Assembly: GCA_049695115.1 (NCBI GenBank)
Contig: JBAVRP010000007.1
Location: 38,772-102,771, forward strand
Direction of reading: 5' to 3'
DNA length: 64,000 nucleotides
DNA from: Burkholderiales bacterium
GTDB taxonomy: Bacteria > Pseudomonadota > Gammaproteobacteria > Burkholderiales > JBEEJL01
Shown: positions 51,670 to 60,721 of the stretch, piece by piece
Layout of the letters: every line of letters begins with the position of its first letter
Numbering within the stretch: position 1 is the first letter of the stretch
The notes under the pieces: model-generated
What the model was told of the DNA's origin: nothing
What the model saw: only the letters and a program-made list of their open reading frames with translations
Database searches by the model: none
Program-made: the position numbers and the translations under genes

Positions 51670-53799
51670 TCAAGGCGCAACGGCTGGCAACAAAATATCG
51701 AAACATGTCCCTGAATCGGCGCTACTTTTTGCGCTTATGCTGCCGCCCATTCCCGTTATCAATTCATGCACGATCGACAAGCCTAAACCCGCATGCCCCT
51801 CACCCTTGGTGCTGGTGACAGGACGGAACAAGCGTGCCATCACGGCCTCGGGGATGCCGGGGCCGTTATCACAGACGCTGATCTGCACATTGTGCATGCC
51901 GTTTTCTTTTGTCACGTCGGCAGTCGCTACGACCAACTCACCGCCCTGGGCGGCCATGGCTTCGGCGGCATTTTTCATCAGATTGAGCAACACCTGTTTC
52001 AACCGGTTGCGATCGCAGGCTACCTGGCGGATCGAATGATCCATGTCTGTACGCAGGCGAATCCGTTCGCCGCTGAAGAATTGCTCATGGGTGATTTGCA
52101 TCAGGTCGATGATGACGTGGTTCACATTCACATTATCTATGGTCGGCGCTGCCGCCAGTCCCGGCTCCGCGAGGCTGCGCACAATGTGGCTGACGCGATC
52201 GATTTCCTCATTGATGACTTCAAGGCCGAATTGCGACGGATCGGACTTGGGCAATTTGAGCCGCAGGATTTTGATATAGTTTTTGATAATGCCCAAAGGG
52301 TTGTTGACTTCGTGCAGCACTTTTTTTATGCGGCTTTGCGATGCGACGCCTTGCTCCGGCGTAACAAACGCCAGCAATCCGGCCTGCTTGATGCTGAAAT
52401 GCAGCGCTGCGGCGGCTTCATTGGCGAAAAGTGTCATGCGGCGCATTTTGGCGTCCAGGTGCGGCAATTCGGCTTGCGCCAATCCGACCGCGAAGGCGCC
52501 AAGCATTTCGCCGCGGCTCACCAGCGGCAGCGCAAGAAATCCGTCGTGTCCCAACAGGCGCGCGATCTGCTCATCGAGTATCGACTGACTGAAACCGTCG
52601 TCACCCATGCCGAAGGTGTGGAATGGGCGGTTGAGTTTGACGCTGTGTTTGAGCAGGCTCGACGCGCCATCGAGCGGAATGGAAATTTCGTTAATGATGT
52701 CGGGTTGATCGACGCCCGCCAGACCGCGCAGGCACTTGTGCGCCACATCGTGAACAAAAAAAATCGCGTTGGAAAAACCCAATTCGATTTGCAAATACTG
52801 GCGCAGGGTTTTATTCAGCAGCGACGGCTCGTGATAGCCGCTGGTGCTCGACGACAAGGTCGCGAGCACCGTGAGGTCGCGCACCGCGTTGGCAAGGCGC
52901 AGGGTTTTGTGATTCTGCTCAGTTGCGTCTTCTTCCGCGCCGGTTATTAAGGGCCTGTCAAAAGGCAGGTCGAGAAATTGCAGCGCCTCGCGTAATTGCG
53001 CGGTGGCAGCTTGATCAATCGCCGTCATGTCCTGCGGCTTGAAACCGAAAAACGATTGCGCATGGTCCATCATGGCGGCGCTCGTGACGTCGCGCGCTTC
53101 CATCATCGCACGGGCGAGATGCAGGATTTTCACCAGCCCGTGGGCAGAAGCCACACGGCTGATCGGGTCATGCTGGTAATGGACCGCGTCGGCCATGAAC
53201 GAATTGACCGTCCAGCGCCGGATCAGCCGCTCGGTTTCCTGCACATTGGTGAAACCGAGACGTTCATGTTCGAGCACCATGAGTTCGGCGTCGCTGCCGG
53301 AGAGATTGGTAATGTGGCGATAATCATTACTGCGCGTTGCCGCCAGAGAAAGTTTACCGAGGTTATGCAGCAGGCCGGTGAAGTAGGCTTCATCGGGAAC
53401 CGGATAGGCGGCTTTTTCCGCAATGGCTTCGGCATAAAAGGCGCAACGCAAACTATCGTGGTGAAACTGCTGTAATTCATCAATCTGCTTCGCCCCCGGC
53501 GGTTGGAACACTTGTTGCACGGCGGCGCTGACTACCAGGGTTTTGATGACATCATGGCCAAGGGTTTCCAGCACATGCACGAACAAGGGAAAACGCTGGC
53601 GCTTCGCCGTCGGGCCGAAAGCGGCATCGAGCACGCGCGCGGCGAGGGCGACATCCAGCCGCACCGAATAGGCTATCTCGGACAAGGGCGTGCTATCGCG
53701 CGCGCAAGTCTCGAGGGAACACAACAATGCATCGGGCAAAGAAGGAAGCGTTGCGGCCACGGCTTGTTGTTGAAATGTAGGAAAGGGGGTCAACTGCAT
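51670..53799 (-). CDS. Cytoplasmic HDOD-GAF-histidine kinase
   Basis: HDOD (GLLHNLGKL, HYQHDP), a central GAF-like segment, H-box HEVNNPLG, N-box LLNLMKNAAEAM, G-boxes DNGPGIP and GLGLSIV. No TM helices seen. Confidence 0.85.
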   Translation of the reverse strand: MQLTPFPTFQQQAVAATLPSLPDALLCSLETCARDSTPLSEIAYSVRLDVALAARVLDAAFGPTAKRQRFPLFVHVLETLGHDVIKTLVVSAAVQQVFQPPGAKQIDELQQFHHDSLRCAFYAEAIAEKAAYPVPDEAYFTGLLHNLGKLSLAATRSNDYRHITNLSGSDAELMVLEHERLGFTNVQETERLIRRWTVNSFMADAVHYQHDPISRVASAHGLVKILHLARAMMEARDVTSAAMMDHAQSFFGFKPQDMTAIDQAATAQLREALQFLDLPFDRPLITGAEEDATEQNHKTLRLANAVRDLTVLATLSSSTSGYHEPSLLNKTLRQYLQIELGFSNAIFFVHDVAHKCLRGLAGVDQPDIINEISIPLDGASSLLKHSVKLNRPFHTFGMGDDGFSQSILDEQIARLLGHDGFLALPLVSRGEMLGAFAVGLAQAELPHLDAKMRRMTLFANEAAAALHFSIKQAGLLAFVTPEQGVASQSRIKKVLHEVNNPLGIIKNYIKILRLKLPKSDPSQFGLEVINEEIDRVSHIVRSLAEPGLAAAPTIDNVNVNHVIIDLMQITHEQFFSGERIRLRTDMDHSIRQVACDRNRLKQVLLNLMKNAAEAMAAQGGELVVATADVTKENGMHNVQISVCDNGPGIPEAVMARLFRPVTSTKGEGHAGLGLSIVHELITGMGGSISAKSSADSGTCFDILLPAVAP

Positions 53800-54296
53800 G
53801 CGTATTTATAACTTTTTGCCGGCTGACTTTGTAGAGGGGTTACACCCCATATTTGCCACGAATCATACTTGAGACAGTCACGCCGCGCGAGGGGGGAAAC
53901 TAGGTATTTTGCGCAGAATTCATCACCGGGCTCGGCGTATTGAGCAAAACCTTGAGCAAGCGCGATTAACTTCGTGTTCCGATTGAAATCTTACTTTTTG
54001 CGGAGTTTTGACAGAACGAACGCTTTTTATGGCTTTACGGCGCTGATGCAGAGTTTTGGAGCGCTGCAACAAAATGCACAGTCGCCACCATACGTAACTA
54101 TTTATTTATATTGAATAATTTTATTCCGAAAAATATGCAGAGAGATAAAAACGCCATCCCTTAGCCCCTGTATCGGACACCTACTGCCCGCAGTTGTCAT
54201 TCCGCGCTTAAGCCTAATCGAAGCACCTCATCGACTAATGCTTGTGTTTCGAACAAATTAACAGCGATGGCCACGGTCACCCAGCAGAATGCTTAT

Positions 54297-54785
54297 TCAA
54301 TCCCTGAAATTAATAAACTGCAGCGGAAAACCCTGATCGGATTTTTTCACCAGTGCAATGCAATCCTGCAATAAATCTCGCTTGGCGCCTGTTACGCGCA
54401 CGACGTCGCCTTGGATGCTTGGGCTGACTTTGAGTTGCTTGTTATCTTTGATTAACGCGACCAGCTTTTTCGCCAAGTCTTTATCGATGCCAACTTTAAT
54501 CGTGCATTTGCGTTTCATTTTGTTGCCGCTGATTTTTTCTGGTTTGTCGATTTCCAGACATTTTATATCGACGCCACGTTTGATCAAGCGATTATTTAAC
54601 ACGTCTTGCACCTGGTCGAGTTTGAAATCGTCATCGGCGAAAACCGTCAACACATAGTCAGCTTGTTCGACGCGCGCGTCGGAACCTTTGAAGTCGAAGC
54701 GTTGGCTGACTTCTTTGTTTACTTGCTCGACGGCGTTTTTGACTTCTTGTTTATCGACTTCCGAAACAATATCGAAGCTGGGCAT
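54297..54785 (-). CDS. yajQ: YajQ-family (DUF520) nucleotide-binding protein
   Basis: [35 protein letters not shown] is a typical YajQ N-terminus. 162 aa. Confidence 0.9.
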   Translation of the reverse strand: MPSFDIVSEVDKQEVKNAVEQVNKEVSQRFDFKGSDARVEQADYVLTVFADDDFKLDQVQDVLNNRLIKRGVDIKCLEIDKPEKISGNKMKRKCTIKVGIDKDLAKKLVALIKDNKQLKVSPSIQGDVVRVTGAKRDLLQDCIALVKKSDQGFPLQFINFRD

Positions 54786-54823
54786 GATTATCCTGTAGCT
54801 AATTGATTATATTGAGTTTTTTA

Positions 54824-55135
54824 TTAAACAAAATGGCAAACGTAATCGAGGGTTTCTAACGTTTCGATATCGAATGATGAGTTCGCTGGCACATTAAATT
54901 CTTGTCCACCGGAAAAAGTTTTCCAATCACTTTCACCTTTGAGTTTGATGCGGCACTTGCCTGAATTTAATTCCATGACTTCCGCCGCGCCGGTGTTAAA
55001 AGTGAGCGAAGACGGGAAAATCACGCCAATGGTTTTTTTGCTGCCATCGGGAAACAGTACGCTGTGCGACACGCATTTTCCGTCGAAATAAATATTCGCC
55101 TTTTTGACTACGCTGACTTGGTCGAATTGACTCAT
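54824..55135 (-). CDS. ppnP: Pyrimidine/purine nucleoside phosphorylase PpnP (DUF1255/YaiE)
   Basis: 103-aa cupin-like protein. [27 protein letters not shown]. Confidence 0.85.
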   Translation of the reverse strand: MSQFDQVSVVKKANIYFDGKCVSHSVLFPDGSKKTIGVIFPSSLTFNTGAAEVMELNSGKCRIKLKGESDWKTFSGGQEFNVPANSSFDIETLETLDYVCHFV

Positions 55136-55148
55136 TACAATTTTCCCG

Positions 55149-56228
55149 TTAAAGTTTTTTCATTAAAGATTTGTCTACCCAGCCGTCACCCGTCACGCCT
55201 TGCACGCGCATGTAACCGTTTTGTTCTTCGCCTAAGGCGATCACTTGGTCCGAGCCTTTGATCAATCCGCCGACTGCAGATTTATTAGTCGGTTGCGAAT
55301 AGACAATCACGCCCGATGGAATTTTCGGCGCATAAGCCGGCCCACCCTCGGACGAAACGCTTCGTGTTGGCGCTGCGACGGCCCGGGCCACTTGTACGAC
55401 GGGAGCCGGGACATGTTGCGCCTCTGCCGCGCCTGAATTACCGGCGTAATAACGGTCGAATTCACGTTGTTTCCAGCCGACTATTTTGTGATTATTGACC
55501 AGTACTATCGGAATGCCATCGCCGTTCATGGCTTCGTAATCGCGGCGACCCTTGGCACTTTTTTCCGTGTCATGTTCTTCAAACGCCACGCCATTATTCT
55601 GGAAATACGCGCGCGCTTTGTCGCAATACGGACACCATGACGCGCTATACAACACTACGCGTCCATCGGTCGCGATAGGCGCGCTGATTTCCGCCTTGGT
55701 CATTCTGGTAATCGCGACTCGCGGGCGCGTCACTCGGTCAGTGAATTTTTTTGCTTCGCCCATTATTTGTTCGGCGGTTGATTTTCTCAGCAATTGTTTA
55801 TCGGCCCAGCCGCTAATGCTGCCGCCTTGAATGCGCATATAACCGTTTTGTTCTTCACCGGTAAAACTCACACCTGCACCGGACTCAATCAGGCCGACCA
55901 TTGCCGAGCTATTTCTCGGCTCGGCATAGACAATCACGCCGCTATCGACGACAGGAACATAGAGATCAGCGGCTGGAACGACCGGCGCTGGCGCAACGCT
56001 TTCTACGGTAAGCGCTACACTCACTGCGGGTTTTGGCTCCGGCTTCGCTTTTTCCTGTTTCGCCGCTTCTTGTTTGACAGCTTCCGCAGGCAGTTCGGTT
56101 TTTGCCGGCTCTGCAACGGGCGTTGGCTGCGCAGCCGGCTCTGCCGGCGGCATTGCATCTTGTTGCGCCAACACAGCGCCGGGCATCAGCGCAAAAAACA
56201 AAACTGCTTTAGTTGCAAAACATTTCAT
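55149..56228 (-). CDS. Secreted protein with SH3b-like / glutaredoxin (CPYC) / SH3b-like architecture
   Basis: Signal peptide and a Pro/Ala/Glu/Lys linker. Two homologous roughly 55-aa segments ([17 protein letters not shown]...[14 protein letters not shown] and [17 protein letters not shown]...[14 protein letters not shown]) flank [19 protein letters not shown]. Confidence 0.75.
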   Translation of the reverse strand: MKCFATKAVLFFALMPGAVLAQQDAMPPAEPAAQPTPVAEPAKTELPAEAVKQEAAKQEKAKPEPKPAVSVALTVESVAPAPVVPAADLYVPVVDSGVIVYAEPRNSSAMVGLIESGAGVSFTGEEQNGYMRIQGGSISGWADKQLLRKSTAEQIMGEAKKFTDRVTRPRVAITRMTKAEISAPIATDGRVVLYSASWCPYCDKARAYFQNNGVAFEEHDTEKSAKGRRDYEAMNGDGIPIVLVNNHKIVGWKQREFDRYYAGNSGAAEAQHVPAPVVQVARAVAAPTRSVSSEGGPAYAPKIPSGVIVYSQPTNKSAVGGLIKGSDQVIALGEEQNGYMRVQGVTGDGWVDKSLMKKL

Positions 56229-56253
56229 GCTTTACCTCCACTTCAAAAACATA

Positions 56254-57477
56254 TTACTTGCGTTTCGCCTTGGCGTTGGCCGCGATACGCATTCTCAGCG
56301 CGTTCAGCTTGATAAATCCGGCAGCATCCTTCTGGTCATACGCACCTTTGTCATCTTCGAACGTCGCGACGTTGCTGTCAAACAAAGAATCGGTTTTCGA
56401 GTCGCGCCCGGCAACCATCACGTTACCTTTATATAGCTTCAAGCGCACCCAACCGTTCACATTCGCCTGCGAGGCGTCGATCATGGTCTGCAACATTCTG
56501 CGCTCGGGGCTCCACCAATAGCCGTTGTAAATCATTTCGGCATAACGCGGCATCAACTCGTCTTTCAAATGCGCCACTTCGCGGTCCAGCGTAATCGACT
56601 CGATAGCGCGATGGCCTTTCATCATGATAGTCCCGCCCGGGGTCTCGTAACAACCACGCGATTTCATGCCGACATAGCGGTTCTCCACCAGGTCGAGGCG
56701 GCCAATGCCATGTTTGCCGCCGATGCGATTGAGCTCGGTAAGCACTGGAGCCGGTGTCATTTTATTGCCGTTGATCGCGACAATATCGCCGCCAGCGTAT
56801 TCCAGCTCTATGTATTCCGCTTTGTCGGGGGCGGCTTCCGGCGACACGGTCCAGCGCCACATGTTTTCTTCGGCCTCCTGGCTCGGGTCTTCCAGCGCGC
56901 GACCTTCAAACGAAATGTGCAGCAAATTCGCGTCCATCGAGTAAGGCGAGCCGCCCTTCTTATGTTTCATTTCGACATTGATGCCGTGTTTCTCGGCGTA
57001 AGCGAGCAGGCTTTCGCGTGAATTCAGATCCCACTCGCGCCACGGGGCGATAATTTTGATATTCGGTTCCAGCGCGTAATAGCCCAATTCAAAACGCACC
57101 TGGTCGTTGCCCTTGCCGGTCGCGCCGTGCGACACCGCATCAGCCTTGGTCAAACGCGCGATTTCAATCTGGCGCTTGGCGATCAGCGGTCGCGCTATCG
57201 AGGTGCCGAGCAAATATTCGCCCTCGTAAATTGCGTTGGCGCGAAACATGGGAAAAACGAAATCGCGCACGAATTCTTCGCGCAGGTCGTCGATGAAAAT
57301 TTCTTTTACGCCGGCTTTTTTCGCTTTCTCGCGCGCCGGCTCCAGTTCTTCACCCTGGCCGATGTCGGCAGTGAAAGTCACTACTTCGCATTTATAAACG
57401 TCTTGCAGCCATTTTAGAATCACCGAGGTGTCGAGTCCGCCCGAGTAGGCCAGCACGACTTTTTTTATCTCGCTCAT
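56254..57477 (-). CDS. argG: Argininosuccinate synthase
   Basis: [24 protein letters not shown]. The ATG at 57477 is preferred over the GTG at 57480. Confidence 0.95.
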   Translation of the reverse strand: MSEIKKVVLAYSGGLDTSVILKWLQDVYKCEVVTFTADIGQGEELEPAREKAKKAGVKEIFIDDLREEFVRDFVFPMFRANAIYEGEYLLGTSIARPLIAKRQIEIARLTKADAVSHGATGKGNDQVRFELGYYALEPNIKIIAPWREWDLNSRESLLAYAEKHGINVEMKHKKGGSPYSMDANLLHISFEGRALEDPSQEAEENMWRWTVSPEAAPDKAEYIELEYAGGDIVAINGNKMTPAPVLTELNRIGGKHGIGRLDLVENRYVGMKSRGCYETPGGTIMMKGHRAIESITLDREVAHLKDELMPRYAEMIYNGYWWSPERRMLQTMIDASQANVNGWVRLKLYKGNVMVAGRDSKTDSLFDSNVATFEDDKGAYDQKDAAGFIKLNALRMRIAANAKAKRK

Positions 57478-57585
57478 CACATTCTTTCGTCTGGTTAAAC
57501 CAAGACGTAATTTTACACGAGCACGCCGGGAATTGGCTGCGATTGTTTGCTAAACTCAATCACCGCAAAATCTGGGTGTATCGAT

Positions 57586-58905
57586 ATGAATAATCATCAG
57601 CTCGGCTCCCGCAGTAGAAACGCGCTGTGGCATCCCTGCACGCAAATGAAATTTCTGGAAACCATGCCGCTGGTCCCGATTAAACACGGCCAGGGTGTGT
57701 GGCTGGTCGACTACGACGGCAAGCGCTATCTAGATGGCATCAGCTCCTGGTGGGTGAATCTGTTCGGCCACGGCAACCCGCATATCAAAGCCGCCATCGC
57801 CGATCAGCTGGGAAAAATAGAGCATGTCATGCTGGCGGGCTTCACTCACGAACCGGCAGTATTGCTGGCGGAAAGATTAAGCGCGCTCACAGCGAATAAG
57901 TTGGGGCATAGTTTTTTCGCCTCGGATGGCGCATCGGCCACGGAAATCGCGTTGAAAATGAGTTTTCATTTCTGGCGCAATAGCGGCATGTCGCAGAAAA
58001 ATTCTTTTGTCAGCTTGCAAAATGGCTATCACGGTGAAACCCTGGGCGCACTATCCGTCACCGACATGGCAATATTCAAAGACGCTTATGCACCACTGAT
58101 GCGTTGCAGTGCCGTGGTGCCCAGTCCCGATTCGCGCCTCGCTGCGCCAGGCGAATCGGCGCGCGGCCATCCGTTGCGCTGCGCCGCTGCGCTGGAACAG
58201 CATTTTGCGCAATATCATGAAAGCATCGCCGCGTTCATCGTCGAGCCGCTGGTGCAAGGCGCGGCGGGTATGGCGATGTATGACGCGGCGTATCTCACCC
58301 GCGTACGCGAGCTATGCGACCAATATCAAATTCATTTGATCGCCGACGAAATCGCCGTTGGCTTCGGCCGCACCGGAACTTTTTTTGCGTACGAGCAGGC
58401 GAATATCGTTCCAGATTTTTTGTGTTTATCCAAAGGTATCAGTGGCGGTTATCTGCCGCTGTCGGTGGTGCTAACCTCCGATAAAATTTACTCAGCATTT
58501 TATGCCGATGACGTGACCCGTGGCTTTTTGCATTCGCACTCCTACACCGGCAACGCGCTGGCGTGCCGCGCCGCGCTGGCGACGCTGGAAATTTTCGACA
58601 ATGAAAATGTTATGGCAAGCAATCGCATCAAACAAAAACACGTCAATACTCTCTGCGAGAAACTTAATAATATTAAATATATTCAACATGTTAGAAATAC
58701 TGGCATGATCTGGGCGTTTGACGTGAAAACCGATAATAAAGACTTCGCGCGAGAATTTTACGCACAGGCGCTGAAAAACGAATTGCTGTTGCGGCCCATC
58801 GGCAATACGGTTTATTTTATGCCACCATATGTGATTGATGAACAGGAAGCGGAGTTTCTAGTAAACGGTGCGATCAAAACATTGACGACGGTAATGGAAA
58901 AATAG
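57586..58905 (+). CDS. bioA: Adenosylmethionine-8-amino-7-oxononanoate aminotransferase
   Basis: Class III aminotransferase blocks, LIADEIAVGFGRTG, PLP lysine context LCLSKGISGG, followed by bioD. Confidence 0.9.
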   Translation: MNNHQLGSRSRNALWHPCTQMKFLETMPLVPIKHGQGVWLVDYDGKRYLDGISSWWVNLFGHGNPHIKAAIADQLGKIEHVMLAGFTHEPAVLLAERLSALTANKLGHSFFASDGASATEIALKMSFHFWRNSGMSQKNSFVSLQNGYHGETLGALSVTDMAIFKDAYAPLMRCSAVVPSPDSRLAAPGESARGHPLRCAAALEQHFAQYHESIAAFIVEPLVQGAAGMAMYDAAYLTRVRELCDQYQIHLIADEIAVGFGRTGTFFAYEQANIVPDFLCLSKGISGGYLPLSVVLTSDKIYSAFYADDVTRGFLHSHSYTGNALACRAALATLEIFDNENVMASNRIKQKHVNTLCEKLNNIKYIQHVRNTGMIWAFDVKTDNKDFAREFYAQALKNELLLRPIGNTVYFMPPYVIDEQEAEFLVNGAIKTLTTVMEK

Positions 58906-59592
58906 ATGCCGAACCCATCTTGCAAAGCTTATTTCATCACCGGCACCGACACCGGCGTCGGCAAAACCCTGGTGACGTGCACATTGATGCGGTTGGCGCG
59001 CCAGCGCGGCGACAAAGTCGGCGCGATGAAACCCATCGCCGCTGGCGCGAGCCAAACAAGGAATGGCTGGATGAACGAAGATGTCGCGCTACTGCGGCAG
59101 AACCTGAGCTTTAAAATAGCCAATGCAGATTTGAACCCGTATTTATTCCGCGCGCCAATTGCGCCGCACATCGCGGCAGCCGATGAAAATGCCACGATAG
59201 ATGCGAATAAAATAGTCGTTTCGCTGAAAAATATCCGCGCGCGGGCAGACTGGGTTTTTGTCGAAGGCGCCGGCGGATTCAAGGTACCGTTGAGCGACAA
59301 TTTCGATATGTCCGACCTCGCCGCCGCGCTTAATCTGCCGGTCATTTTAGTAGTCGGCATGCGCCTCGGTTGTCTGAATCACGCCCTGCTCACGCAAGAC
59401 GCCATTCGCGCGCGCGGCCTCACAATGGCAGCTTGGGTGGCGAATACGCTTGATCCTGCGATGCCGGTATTTGACGAAAATGTCGCCGCGCTCCAACAGC
59501 GCCTTCGCGCGCCATTGCTTGGCATAGTGCCGTATTTGCCGCAACCTGATTACGGTATGCTGCATCACTTGCCGCTTAGTTTGCCGCTGTGA
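58906..59592 (+). CDS. bioD: Dethiobiotin synthase
   Basis: FITGTDTGVGKT P-loop, VEGAGG. Confidence 0.9.
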   Translation: MPNPSCKAYFITGTDTGVGKTLVTCTLMRLARQRGDKVGAMKPIAAGASQTRNGWMNEDVALLRQNLSFKIANADLNPYLFRAPIAPHIAAADENATIDANKIVVSLKNIRARADWVFVEGAGGFKVPLSDNFDMSDLAAALNLPVILVVGMRLGCLNHALLTQDAIRARGLTMAAWVANTLDPAMPVFDENVAALQQRLRAPLLGIVPYLPQPDYGMLHHLPLSLPL

Positions 59593-59622
59593 GACAGGAC
59601 TAAGCGCATCGACGCATTACTT

Positions 59623-60030
59623 ATGCCCAATGCCAGTTTGTGGTCTTTGTTTGTCTCGAGCTTTCTCGCCGCCACTTTGTTGCCGGGCGGATCGGAACTG
59701 GTGCTGGTTGGGGTGTTGAAAATGCACCCGCAACTTTACTGGCCCGCGCTGGCCATTGGTACGGCCGGTAATACGCTAGGAGGAATGTCGTCGTATTTGA
59801 TCGGCCGCTTCTTCCCCAAACCGACTGCACCCCATCGCGGACTGCAATACGTACAAAAATACGGCAGCGCATCGCTGCTGTTCGCCTGGGCGCCGATCAT
59901 TGGAGATGCCCTGTGCGTGGCGGCCGGTTGGCTGCGGTTGAATTGGATTGGGGTGATGTTGTTTATGGCAGCAGGAAAATTCATTCGCTATCTGCTCATC
60001 GCTTATCCGATTCAGGCAGGCGTGCTTTAA
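59623..60030 (+). CDS. YqaA-family (small DedA/VTT-like) membrane protein
   Basis: 135 aa. LAATLLPGGSELVLVG and PIIGDALCVAAGWLR blocks. Confidence 0.8.
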   Translation: MPNASLWSLFVSSFLAATLLPGGSELVLVGVLKMHPQLYWPALAIGTAGNTLGGMSSYLIGRFFPKPTAPHRGLQYVQKYGSASLLFAWAPIIGDALCVAAGWLRLNWIGVMLFMAAGKFIRYLLIAYPIQAGVL

Positions 60031-60307
60031 GAACATTGTTTAGGTGCAATGCGTTCATGGCCGCACACATCGTGAACGTGTTACTCATGTCGGCAGATAC
60101 CCCATGCGTTAAAAACGTCTTATAATAATTACATAATAATCAAATACTTATGACATAATTGCGCTATGCCTTTATTTTTAGCCAGCGCGATGCACCGCGG
60201 CGCTTCTTGAATTTGTGCTATGCGTGTGTCGTGCTGCGTGAAGCGCAAGCGTAAACATCTGTGCCGCCTTGCTTGCCCGCATCGGTAAAAATCCATATGA
60301 TTCAAGC

Positions 60308-60721
60308 ATGACCTGTGATTTTTGCAATTCCGATGGCGGGGAGGTTTTGTGGCGCAATCAAACCATGCGCGTTATTCGCGTCAGGGATGTCGATTATCCG
60401 GCGTTTTGCCGCGTGATCTGGAATCGCCACGTAAAAGAAATGACCGACCTGAATTCACCGGATCAAATGCATTTGATGCAAACGGTTTTCGCAGTGGAAA
60501 AAGCCCTCCGTGAGATATTCACCCCTGACAAAATCAACCTGGCGAGCCTCGGCAACATGACACCTCATTTGCACTGGCATGTGATTCCGCGCTTCAGCGA
60601 TGACCGGCATTTCCCGCAGCCGGTTTGGGCGGCGCCGCAACGGCCAGCAGCCGACAGGAATTTCAACCCAGCCGAGTTCGACAAGAAAATGAAACTGGCG
60701 CTTCAACGGGCCGTGCAATGA
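60308..60721 (+). CDS. HIT-family nucleotide hydrolase/transferase
   Basis: Histidine triad HLHWHVIPR. The ATG at 60308 is preferred. Confidence 0.85.
   Translation: MTCDFCNSDGGEVLWRNQTMRVIRVRDVDYPAFCRVIWNRHVKEMTDLNSPDQMHLMQTVFAVEKALREIFTPDKINLASLGNMTPHLHWHVIPRFSDDRHFPQPVWAAPQRPAADRNFNPAEFDKKMKLALQRAVQ

Noticed and set aside
51793-52950. Long shadow ORFs antisense to clear genes. Examples: 385 aa at 51793-52950 (+), 233 aa at 12494-13195 (-), 203 aa at 20796-21407 (-), 214 aa at 26921-27565 (-), and many of 60-170 aa elsewhere.
   Set aside because: Each lies opposite a gene with unmistakable family motifs. They have Arg/Ala/Gly-rich, low-information composition typical of antisense frames in GC-rich coding DNA.
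53800-53870. Sigma-54 promoter for the HDOD-kinase operon. The minus strand reads TGGCAAATATGGGG.
   Set aside because: There is a TGGCA-like -24 element but no TTGC -12 element at the correct spacing, so it is not called.
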